Assembly (NCBI GenBank): GCA_041743505.1
Contig: JBGTMQ010000003.1
Location: 25,148 to 89,147, forward strand
Length of the DNA: 64,000 bases
Direction: 5' to 3'
Source of the DNA: Candidatus Saccharimonadia bacterium
GTDB taxonomy: Bacteria; Patescibacteriota; Saccharimonadia; UBA4664
A program made the position numbers and the translations under genes. Shown piece by piece: positions 14,001 to 20,803 of this stretch (its first letter is position 1; the number at the start of each line of letters is the position of its first letter). The notes beneath the pieces are model-generated. The model was not told the DNA's origin. It did not search any database and saw only the letters and a list, made by a program, of their open reading frames with translations.

Positions 14001-14041
14001 AGGAGCAGGAATATAATAACAACGATAACAATGCCGCTCAG
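8087..14041 (-). CDS. VirD4/TraD-like type IV secretion coupling ATPase with very long Pro-rich C-terminal tail
   Basis: RRRHTYILGQTGTGKS (Walker A), FIDPHGD, LYVDEFQNF (Walker B), SEARKYRLNLVVANQ. Track start is 13990; extending to in-frame CTG 14041 adds a GGAGGTGA RBS and a TM anchor. Confidence 0.9.
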   Translation of the reverse strand: MSGIVIVVIIFLLLAAGLAGVAYWTYQRKLRRAKAIERGLKMVPVLIHLPPPSEDTVAGSRDVREVMREKTSHAEVLYNLIAGTATEGFKSTFYGQRHIALELIAANGLVHFYAAVPVGMVSTIEKAIQTAYPGARMEEVEDHNIFNQEGRLAATMGGEMVLKNASAYPLATYEQIERDPMEAIITTLSTLGKGDGAAIQIMVRPASTNWVKSATTLTTKLRKGRAGNMQITPMDIAKAAFKSPTQQRSEDQSHQPQSTGLSNLELGAIEAVEEKTKHPGFEVLVRVLVSTESVSRSQQLLRDIATAFALFERPGLNGFKFLPAVDVQGLVTAFIFRFFPPELRSSVLNSVELATLFHLPDSQFIPTSNVERQQSKQIDGPTQLPAEGALFGYNEFRGVKKEIRLSVEDRRRHTYILGQTGTGKSTLLENLAVQDMLAGNGFAFIDPHGDTAEKLLAMVPKNRAEDVVYFNPADTEFPLGLNLFEFSDPAQKDFIIQETIGMLYKLYDPGHTGIIGPRYEHWYRNAALTLMSDPHGSTFIEIPKVFTDTDYLKHKFRYLKDPTVIDFWTKEMGQTSDYHKSEMLGWFVSKFGAFQNNEMMRNILGQTNSAFNLRDIMDNKKILIVNLSKGKVGELNSQLLGMIFVIKLQAAAMSRADLPEGERNDFCLYVDEFQNFSTDSFASILSEARKYRLNLVVANQFIGQLTTEIRDAVFGNIGTIVAHRMGPDDAEFMVKQFAPVFDTSDLVNIPNYHAAMRLMIGGLPSQPFTVHNLAPLGLANPELGLAIKQLSAAKFGHAKDVVEADIAARLTGREPGVTPSLPPPPVPAPIVPAPAPVAVPAPAVPTVIVPAPEPAPVPVVLAAPELQPALVSAAAAPPVAAAEPAPMTPPPIGAPPINQPLALAPTPEPLPPVVQAAPELIMPALQSNQVPTPVLPAPTLDPLSAVTPPIGAPPIPLPLTSAPVGGTGLAHTPPPIGAPPVDAGVPGIPAADNVPPIVNTAGQLMEPVSPIIPEEPELPELSAAPPAPVPGDQNRLSITDITGGRRPGPVPLASSGASDDLLNIPLIPPGAEPRVAQPAPVEQPAEPAVPPPPPYDPAMDPMAEIPLLGAPQPVPEPEEAALPLPVPVSVPDVAPEPVAPIGPPAPIGPPSEAELASVAASEPIPASVSSVYQPIAPPPPPPVLPVIEPTPTPVIAEPAPEVQPAPTLVSPPAPATALIQPAPMIEEPKPPLPVPASMQPTDPQAIASPVTTLSSLPIPEPEPLYPASEPMVSNQPAASEPVFRPKPASVVTPVLAAVPEPVAPTAVVSEPVSAVAQPEQSYDDAVGSLIHFVDPSLETVLERPVDEPFPTLVPDQKSEKALPLTPIGPAALTTDAPASPPAALLPMPASAPVSAPVAPASPEQSSDITSAELAQVIAPPPIGAPPIGQSQTTPVPVELPKPAFEPILKPAPEPVSKPAPEPAPEPAPMPESKPTPIAPVLPEPEPPRLEKSQFSEEEGTTLVPENLVAPGVGFEDKPAVPVKPVLAPEVVVSAAPKSESILPTPKPAEPPAPATPPPPVVKPKPPVAVRSTEETLAAVMEAAAKRKAAQALTSSPYVPALDSEPKASPESNAAPASDESGHSENPVAQAEQEIDKLMSESLIKPEKEHRALAGSGEATHSKKGHDGEADDSSRHWVGPAIPKDQMPDEDDDETPRSDQPSMEHTFTHTHQKVIMPLEPIVPRRDQLQQELEAELEAERKQAALSAKTDAPPPPGARPGPAGSPVKPVQTPIKQVPPVSKPVMKPQPEPRPEPKLESRPAPAPAPVPKPEPEPAPASVSFLEPDVGLPQAESLVASDVAKARAAKLAEAPEPAPVPEHESRTEAPEAETLPVKAEEAQSKRPAEQPRRHRLADIKKPSKPQEPREEHHEHAVPAAEHAEMSEKSEETEEQPEQKSDSLPGKLILPSANRKPKPEPVASTLTQKPPKLAKGEVYVDEKGDVIVGE

Positions 14042-14061
14042 CTTCTCACCTCCGTGGCATC

Positions 14062-14505
14062 CTATTTATCCTCGGGCTTTTTGACCTCATGACCATAGCG
14101 CTTCTTCAGGTAATCCACTTGCAAAGACTCAACCGCCTCCTCCTCGGCATACGGGTTACCAGCAGTCTGCGCGATAGCTTGCTCGGCCGCCTCAACCCAC
14201 TCGGGCTCAACCACGTCCTGATCGGCCGCGATCTGCGGTGCTGAAACAACCGGTGCAGCCGGCGCCGGCGCCGCCGCAATCGCATTCGCCACATCCTGAG
14301 CCGTCAAATGTGGTGGCGTAGCTTGCGGCTGGCCGGTATTTTGCGGTGCAGTCGGCGCGGACTGAGGTGCCGGCACGACTTCAGGCGTGGCCGGCCTCAA
14401 CGCCTGCTCCTGCGTACCAGTACCAATCAATTGATCCGGCGCCACATTTCGGTTCGGCATCTGCTCCGGATTGGGAGTACTTTGTGTGTCCATAATTAGA
14501 TTCAT
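14062..14505 (-). CDS. Hypothetical protein (Pro/Ala-rich N-terminus, helical C-terminal domain)
   Basis: 147-aa ORF directly upstream of and co-oriented with the VirD4-like gene; C-terminal EPEWV...NPY...DYLKKRYG. Confidence 0.8.
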   Translation of the reverse strand: MNLIMDTQSTPNPEQMPNRNVAPDQLIGTGTQEQALRPATPEVVPAPQSAPTAPQNTGQPQATPPHLTAQDVANAIAAAPAPAAPVVSAPQIAADQDVVEPEWVEAAEQAIAQTAGNPYAEEEAVESLQVDYLKKRYGHEVKKPEDK

Positions 14506-14631
14506 TATATCATTTCTATCTTAATTTCGCTTGTGTTCCAACAACAAAATTCATAAACAAAAAAATGTCAGAAGGGATTTATAATTAACCCATCCCAACG
14601 GCACGACAAATCAGCCAAAGGAGGTGAAATC

Positions 14632-14736
14632 ATGCTACGAAGGGTAGTTATGAGGCTTCTCGGAGTCCAGATGCCTGCGGGAGCTTCTAGCTCAAGGGCA
14701 TCATGCGATGACTTCTGCTCCCTCCAGACAATCTAG
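14632..14736 (+). CDS. Small peptide, 34 aa (MLRRVVMRLLGVQMPAGASSSRASCDDFCSLQTI)
   Basis: AAAGGAGGTGA RBS just upstream of ATG, TATAAT near 14580, hairpin terminator downstream. Confidence 0.55.
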   Translation: MLRRVVMRLLGVQMPAGASSSRASCDDFCSLQTI

Positions 14737-14763
14737 TTGTAGCCATCAAGCTACGGCTAACAA

Positions 14764-14791
14764 GGCCCTTATATCGAAAGGTATAAGGGCC
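14764..14791. terminator. Hairpin terminator between convergent genes
   Basis: ggcccttata-tc-GAAA-gg-tataagggcc. Confidence 0.75.
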
Positions 14792-14792
14792 A

Positions 14793-16232
14793 TTACTTAT
14801 GCACCCAGACCGGCGTGCCCACATCAGCCCAATTATAAATGAAAGCCGCTGCCGCTTCCGGCATGTTCACGCACCCATGTGAGCCACCATAGTAATAGTC
14901 CGAACCGCCGAAGTTGCCGTTTCGCCAACTGGCATCATGCATTCCATAACCCGAATAGAACGGCATCCAATATTTTACAAAGACATTGTAGTTATAGCGC
15001 GGTCCATAAGCATTGCCTATTAAACGGGTGTTGGTCGTCTTGTGATTAATACTGAACAAGCCCGTTACCGTAGGGAAACCCGCCCCAGTAGCTCCGGAGG
15101 TAATCGGCGTTTCATAAACCACATTGTGGTCCTGCCACACCCACAACCGCTGACGGCTCAGGTTGATCTCGATATACCGACCGTAATCCAACGTCACTAT
15201 TGTGTTTGAAACGGTTTTAAACGGCACCGGGTGTGAGGTAATCGCATAGGTCAAGGGCTGGTTACGCATCACCGCATCAGCTACCGCCTTAACCGCCGCA
15301 TCCTGATCAATCGCCAGTCCATCCACGCCTTCTTGCGTCGTTTTCTTAACGCCGTTCTCTATAGTAATCTTCTTAGCTACGGGTGCTACATCCAACTGGT
15401 TAGAAATAGTCTGGATATAGCCTTTAAGCTGGGCGCTATCTATCTTAGGCATCAACCGCGCCGCCGAATCTTTTTGTGCTTTCTCAAACGCCAACCATTG
15501 GCCAATATCAGCCGCGGTCGGAGTATAGGTCTTGTCCGCGTACGTCAGCACAATCGGTGTTGCCATATGCTGCTTTATCGAGTCAATTGTCGGCGTCAGC
15601 TCAGCTACCTGAATGTCGGCCAATTGCGGGCGGGGCTTTAACTGCATTGAATCCCCCGTAGGGAACTGCAGGTCTTGCTCCACCAGCCGCATTAACCCGA
15701 GCTTATCAACTGTAATACCACTCTTATCCGGAACGGTCTGAATTTGGCCGTCCTTAACTACGACGCCGGCATCAACTGGCTGCACACCAACCTGGTCAGC
15801 CACACTGCCAACAAAACTGGCCAGCTGCCGGCGGTCCAAATGGTAAATCAAAGGCACCGGCGCTGTATGCAATGCCGGATACCAACCGCCACGCCCAACC
15901 TGGTAAGCATTGCTAATGGTAGCCTCAGGGTCAAAAGTGACCCCTAGCTGGACTGCCTTTACCGAATACTTTTGACCTGCCACCGTCAATTTCAGCTCAT
16001 ATGCGGCAGCCTCTTTTTGCAATACAACCCGCGCCTGGTCCACCGGCATTCCACCGATATTTTGGCCAGCCGCCACCACGCCCGGCATGATCTTTCCGTC
16101 ATACCAGGAGCCCAAAGCCAAGTGAAGCGCCAAACCCAAGAAAGCAACACATGCAGCCACACCCACGACGCGGGGCACTGTCGTATAACCATCGGAACCA
16201 TGAAGTTCCAGATCGAGTCTTCGCCTCACCAT
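14793..16232 (-). CDS. L,D-transpeptidase (YkuD family) with peptidoglycan-binding repeats and TM anchor
   Basis: YIEINLSRQRL, GMHDASW...GSHGCVNM catalytic His/Cys motif. Confidence 0.92.
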   Translation of the reverse strand: MVRRRLDLELHGSDGYTTVPRVVGVAACVAFLGLALHLALGSWYDGKIMPGVVAAGQNIGGMPVDQARVVLQKEAAAYELKLTVAGQKYSVKAVQLGVTFDPEATISNAYQVGRGGWYPALHTAPVPLIYHLDRRQLASFVGSVADQVGVQPVDAGVVVKDGQIQTVPDKSGITVDKLGLMRLVEQDLQFPTGDSMQLKPRPQLADIQVAELTPTIDSIKQHMATPIVLTYADKTYTPTAADIGQWLAFEKAQKDSAARLMPKIDSAQLKGYIQTISNQLDVAPVAKKITIENGVKKTTQEGVDGLAIDQDAAVKAVADAVMRNQPLTYAITSHPVPFKTVSNTIVTLDYGRYIEINLSRQRLWVWQDHNVVYETPITSGATGAGFPTVTGLFSINHKTTNTRLIGNAYGPRYNYNVFVKYWMPFYSGYGMHDASWRNGNFGGSDYYYGGSHGCVNMPEAAAAFIYNWADVGTPVWVHK

Positions 16233-16320
16233 GACACGATTATAACGGTAATGGTTACTAGAAAGCTAGCATTATTTGAAAGAGGGAGAGAAGCAGGAAT
16301 ATGGACCCCTCAGCGGCTAA

Positions 16321-19053
16321 TTATGCCCGGACCTTAGCCCCAAATTTCCTCGATAAGATTGCCAAAGCCTTTCGCTCAATATCAGCCGCTTCCGCGTCAG
16401 TAGGGGTTCGGTCAGCATGCGCCACCTTCAAATGCAACGCCAAACTCTTGTGGCCGGCCGGCACGCCTTCACCGTAATAATCGCTCACAAAACTAACCTG
16501 GGTCTGCGGCAAGTCAGCCAAGGCCACCGCCACATCCTGCCAAGCCGTACTCGCCGGCACCACAACAGCCAGGTCCCGCCCGACACTGGGGAAGCGCTCC
16601 AAGCCGGCAAACGCGCGCACCCCAAACCGTTTCAACAAAGCGTCAGCATCCAGCTCCACATACGCGGCCTCACCCGCAACCTTCAGCCGCCGCAGCCCCT
16701 CAGGATCAAGTTGACCAATCGTACCCAGCTGCCGTCCGTCCAGCTTAATTTTGGCCACCCGGCCACCAGCATACAGCGCCGGAACCTCCGCCACCGGCTC
16801 CACCGCCAGATTCACACCGAGCTCATCAGCCAACGTATCCAGCAAGCCCTTGGCATGCTGGTACGATTCATCCGGCCGCGCCACCATAATACCCAAATGC
16901 ATTGGCTCATCCGGCTGGTCGGCGGCGCCACGCTTTTCAAACACCCGGCTCAGTTCATAGAAGGCCAGCTCAGCAGCGTACCCACGGTTGCGCGCTAGCA
17001 CACTCAGGTGGCTGGCCAAAAGAGAGGACCGCAAGTACGCCTGCTCAGTCGATAGCGGATTTCTCAGTTTCAAATGCTTCTTCGCGTCCAAACCAGCGCC
17101 GGCCAATTGTTCTTCACTCACAAATGAGTATGTCATCACTTCAAACAACCCGGCGCCATACAACACCTGCTGCAACCGCCGCCGCTTGGACCGCTCCGAG
17201 TCAAATGACACCTCCTGCGGCTGCCACGCCGGAATCTTAGCCGGCACCCGCTCGTAACCCAGCACACGGACAATTTCTTCCACCAAATCCTGAGCTTCTT
17301 TTAGGTCCGGACGCCACCAGGGAATAGCCGGCACCGACAAATAATCATCCAAATTATCCACGTAACGTCGCGCACCCAGGTACTCCGAATGTTTGGTTAT
17401 GACCTCCAACACAGCTTCGTGCACGCCCGGCTGACCAGCATCCGATGCCTGAACGATCTTGCCATCACCAACATACACAGCCACATGGGCAACACCTTCA
17501 CGCTCTTTAGAATCAAGCTTAACCCAATCGCCACCAGCAAATAACAAATCACCCGGCACCAGCTCAGATTGCTTAACCGGCCACCCGGACTTAAATTGCT
17601 GATGCGCCGTATGCCCAATATTCACGCCAATCAGGGAATAGAGGTAGTCGGTTAAGTACGAGCAGTCAAACGCATCGGTCCCATCGGTTTTATAACGAGC
17701 CCCAAACTTATACGGCTTTCCGATGTGGCTCCGAGCCTCCTGAGCCACATCAAATACCCGGGCCTCAATCTGCAGCCGGGCTAGCGTCTGGACAGCCTCA
17801 TGACCCAATACCTCAAAACCCAATAACCGGTTCAGCAATGACCTTCGCAGACCAATCCTTTGCACCCAGGGCCACACGTTCAGCTGCCGCTGAACCGCCC
17901 CAACCCGGCCACCCGCCACTTCAACCAGTAACTCTACTGCCCGCGCCACCGCCACCGGCGCCAATTGCACCGGCAATCCGCGCTCAAATCGTGCGCTGGC
18001 TTCAGTGCGCAAGCCATGCCGCTTGGCCATCTTGCGCACTGTCGCAGCATCAAATGTAGCTGCCTCAAGCACAATTTCCTTGGTCTTTTCATCAACCTGC
18101 GTGCTGGCTCCACCCATCAAGCCGGCCAGCCCGATCGGTCCGGTAGCATCGGCAATAACCAGATCCTGATGGCTTAATTTCCGCTCCACACCGTCCAATG
18201 TCACTAGTTTTTCGCCTTGCCGAGCCAAACGCGCTTCGAGCGGCAGCCTAACCTTAGCAGCATCGTACGCGTGCAGCGGCTGACCGAATTCCAAATTCAC
18301 ATAGTTAGTCACATCCACTATCGGACTAATCGACCGCACACCCACCGCCTGCAACGCACTTGTCATCCAACGAGGGGAGGGGGCCTTCACATCCACCTGC
18401 AACGTCGCCAGCATAAACTGGCTTGCCTTCATGTCATCCAACATCAACTTTACGCCAGCATCCGTCTCCGCCTCCGGTTGCGGCTCCGGCAAATCCTTAA
18501 GCTCCGCGCCGGCAATCGCCCCGATTTCGCGCGCCAAACCAACCACGCTCAACAGATCAAACCGGTTGGCTTGGGTCTTGATATCCACGATTCCACCACT
18601 GGGATATATGTCGCACAATCTTGCCCCAACCACAGCCGTATCTGACAGCTCCAGAATCTGCTCGTGATTTGTCCCTATACCGAGCTCACGCTCACTACAC
18701 AGCATTCCTTCGCTTAACTCACCGCGCAACTTAGCCGCAGCTATCTTGTCGCCACCTGGGAGGGTAGAGCCGACTTGAGCAAAGGCTACCTTAAGCCCTT
18801 TTCGGACATTCGGCGCTCCGCAAACCACCCGCACTTCCCGATCACCCGCATCAACGAACACTAAACTTAGTCGGTCTGCCTTTGGATGCTGCATAACTTT
18901 TTTAACCAGCGCTACGATGACATTTCTATCTATCGGCTCTGAAGAAATAAATTGTTCAACCTCAATTCCAGCCTGCTCCAATGCCTCCACAATCTCATGG
19001 TCCGACATTGTGCGACGTAGCCATTCTTTAACCCAAGGTGTATAAATCTTCAT
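16321..19053 (-). CDS. pheT: Phenylalanine--tRNA ligase beta subunit with inserted NlpC/P60 domain
   Basis: HPKADRL, VCGAPNV, SEGMLCS, GQPLHAYD, RFERG, WRPDL..DLVEEI, NPLS, FDX-ACB end; likely start MKIYTPW at 19053. Confidence 0.95.
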   Translation of the reverse strand: MKIYTPWVKEWLRRTMSDHEIVEALEQAGIEVEQFISSEPIDRNVIVALVKKVMQHPKADRLSLVFVDAGDREVRVVCGAPNVRKGLKVAFAQVGSTLPGGDKIAAAKLRGELSEGMLCSERELGIGTNHEQILELSDTAVVGARLCDIYPSGGIVDIKTQANRFDLLSVVGLAREIGAIAGAELKDLPEPQPEAETDAGVKLMLDDMKASQFMLATLQVDVKAPSPRWMTSALQAVGVRSISPIVDVTNYVNLEFGQPLHAYDAAKVRLPLEARLARQGEKLVTLDGVERKLSHQDLVIADATGPIGLAGLMGGASTQVDEKTKEIVLEAATFDAATVRKMAKRHGLRTEASARFERGLPVQLAPVAVARAVELLVEVAGGRVGAVQRQLNVWPWVQRIGLRRSLLNRLLGFEVLGHEAVQTLARLQIEARVFDVAQEARSHIGKPYKFGARYKTDGTDAFDCSYLTDYLYSLIGVNIGHTAHQQFKSGWPVKQSELVPGDLLFAGGDWVKLDSKEREGVAHVAVYVGDGKIVQASDAGQPGVHEAVLEVITKHSEYLGARRYVDNLDDYLSVPAIPWWRPDLKEAQDLVEEIVRVLGYERVPAKIPAWQPQEVSFDSERSKRRRLQQVLYGAGLFEVMTYSFVSEEQLAGAGLDAKKHLKLRNPLSTEQAYLRSSLLASHLSVLARNRGYAAELAFYELSRVFEKRGAADQPDEPMHLGIMVARPDESYQHAKGLLDTLADELGVNLAVEPVAEVPALYAGGRVAKIKLDGRQLGTIGQLDPEGLRRLKVAGEAAYVELDADALLKRFGVRAFAGLERFPSVGRDLAVVVPASTAWQDVAVALADLPQTQVSFVSDYYGEGVPAGHKSLALHLKVAHADRTPTDAEAADIERKALAILSRKFGAKVRA

Positions 19054-19205
19054 CCCATAACTCCAATCATTCGACCATTCCATTCCAACGGCGCACCCAC
19101 TTCCGCGCCACCAAGCATGCCAGTAACTACACCCGTCCGTACTGTATCTAAACTTATCCTCGGGTACGCATCGAGCATATTTGTAGTTTCTACAACACTC
19201 ATCAT
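19050..19205 (-). CDS. Small 51-aa protein between pheS and pheT
   Basis: ATG 1 nt after the pheS stop; its TGA overlaps the pheT ATG (ATGA). Confidence 0.5.
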   Translation of the reverse strand: MMSVVETTNMLDAYPRISLDTVRTGVVTGMLGGAEVGAPLEWNGRMIGVMG

Positions 19206-19206
19206 A

Positions 19207-20235
19207 TTAAAACTGTTCGAGGAATTTAAAATTTGGCCTCCAAAACTCGCGCACATCATCGACACCATATTTAATCGCCGCAATTCGCTCCGGCCCAAAT
19301 CCGAACGCAAACCCGCTGTAAACGTCCGGATCAATGCCAACGTTCCGCAGCACCTGCGGATGCACCATGCCGGCACCACCAAGCTCCAACCAGCCAGACC
19401 CACCGCACAAATGACAAGCCTGATCCTTAACCCGGCCCAAACCCGAACAAGCCGAGCATGTCGCGTCCATTTCCACACTTGGCTCTGTATAGGGAAAATA
19501 GTTCGATCGCAATCGCACCTTAGTATCCTCACCCAAAACTCCTCGCATCATCGCCTCAAGCGTCCCCTTCAAATCCGCTAGGCTAATCCCCTTGTCCACC
19601 ACCAAACCCTCGATCTGATAAAAGCTCCACGAGTGGCGGGCATCCTCATCTTCATTCCGATAAACTTTGCCAGGAGCAATAATTCGAACTGGCAATTTAT
19701 CTTTGTTAAGCTCCAAATGCCGAACCTGTATCCCCGATGTATGAGTCCGCGGCAAATGCGCCTCTTCCAGATAAAAAGTATCCTGCATATCCCGGGCTGG
19801 ATGATCTTTCCCTACTAACAATGCCTCAAAGTTATACCATTCCGTCTCAACCTCCGGGCCTTCAGCCACTTGATAACCCATCTGCCAATACAGATCAATC
19901 AGCTCATCCAACACCACACCCACGGGATGCCGGTGACCCAGCTTGGGCCGGATGCCTGGAGTCGTCACATCAAACGGCGCACTCATCACGGCTGCCGTCT
20001 CGGCTTGCCGCAGGGTCTCTCCCCTCGCATCCAACGCCGTCTCCACGACCCGCCGCAACCGGTTAGCCTCAGCCCCAGCCGCCGCCCTTTGCTCTGCCGG
20101 CAACGCTCCTACAGCCTTAAGCTGCTCAGTCACCTGCCCTTTTCGACCCAACAAGCCAACCCGCAACGCCTCCAGTGCTTGTGCATTCGCCGCCGCCTCT
20201 ATTTGATTCAATAACTCCTGCTCGTTCATGGCCAT
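19207..20235 (-). CDS. pheS: Phenylalanine--tRNA ligase alpha subunit
   Basis: HPARDMQDTFY, RTHTS, FPYTEPSVE, GFAFGFGPERIA. Confidence 0.97.
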   Translation of the reverse strand: MAMNEQELLNQIEAAANAQALEALRVGLLGRKGQVTEQLKAVGALPAEQRAAAGAEANRLRRVVETALDARGETLRQAETAAVMSAPFDVTTPGIRPKLGHRHPVGVVLDELIDLYWQMGYQVAEGPEVETEWYNFEALLVGKDHPARDMQDTFYLEEAHLPRTHTSGIQVRHLELNKDKLPVRIIAPGKVYRNEDEDARHSWSFYQIEGLVVDKGISLADLKGTLEAMMRGVLGEDTKVRLRSNYFPYTEPSVEMDATCSACSGLGRVKDQACHLCGGSGWLELGGAGMVHPQVLRNVGIDPDVYSGFAFGFGPERIAAIKYGVDDVREFWRPNFKFLEQF

Positions 20236-20600
20236 CGAAACCTTACATATACCTCGGCAATTACCAACAATAATCCCAGTAGTATAGCATCTCTAAGGTT
20301 AAATTGGTGCAGCGAGCTCAATGCCATCATCGCCGTAATCCACCAAGCAGCCAGCATCCCCTGCCGCCACGAATACCGCAGCCGGCTAGCCCCGTTCTCG
20401 TGCACCCGCAAAAACCGCTTAATCCCATACAGTACCAACGCAATGATCGCCGACAAGCTAAACAACAGCAACACAAACCATAACGTCACCCCCACCGGCC
20501 CAATGGCCAGCGGATTGGTCAGAAGCACGCTCAACACTAAAATCATCCCTGACATCAGAGACCAGACAACGAGCAAACTCAGCCGCCCAAAAGTGGGCAT
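20226..20600 (-). CDS. Hypothetical 4-TM membrane protein, first gene of the pheST operon
   Basis: Four hydrophobic segments; stop overlaps the pheS start; start MPTFG at 20600 preferred to 20660; candidate promoter TTGCCG-N18-CATAAT at 20660-20631. Confidence 0.8.
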   Translation of the reverse strand: MPTFGRLSLLVVWSLMSGMILVLSVLLTNPLAIGPVGVTLWFVLLLFSLSAIIALVLYGIKRFLRVHENGASRLRYSWRQGMLAAWWITAMMALSSLHQFNLRDAILLGLLLVIAEVYVRFRWP

Positions 20601-20662
20601 CGGATTCCTCTCTAGGCTTACTATGAACGCATTATGACATCTCAAGCCTTGTATCGGCAAAC

Positions 20663-20691
20663 AAAAAGCACCCCTAAATGGGTGCTTTTTT
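20663..20691. terminator. Bidirectional intrinsic terminator
   Basis: aaaaagcaccc-ctaaat-gggtgcttttt. Confidence 0.85.
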
Positions 20692-20716
20692 CTGACAGGA
20701 CGAGATCTTGAACGTG

Positions 20717-20803
20717 TTAACGCCTGGTGGTCCGGATACAGGTCTCTCTTGGGAATTCATACTGAGATCCTAATTCTTCATAACGAAGTGTTGGCGACAA
20801 CAT
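20717..20803 (-). CDS. Small peptide, 28 aa (MLSPTLRYEELGSQYEFPRETCIRTTRR)
   Basis: AAAAAGGAGG RBS 5 nt before ATG in an unstructured A/C-rich leader at the 3' end of the structured RNA. Confidence 0.5.
   Translation of the reverse strand: MLSPTLRYEELGSQYEFPRETCIRTTRR

Noticed and set aside
17360-17750. Intein explanation for the PheT insert
   Set aside because: No N-terminal Cys/Ser or C-terminal His-Asn splice motifs and no homing endonuclease motifs; the sequence fits NlpC/P60
19400-19470. CxxC...CxxC insert in PheS
   Set aside because: Common zinc-finger-like loop in many bacterial PheS proteins; not novel
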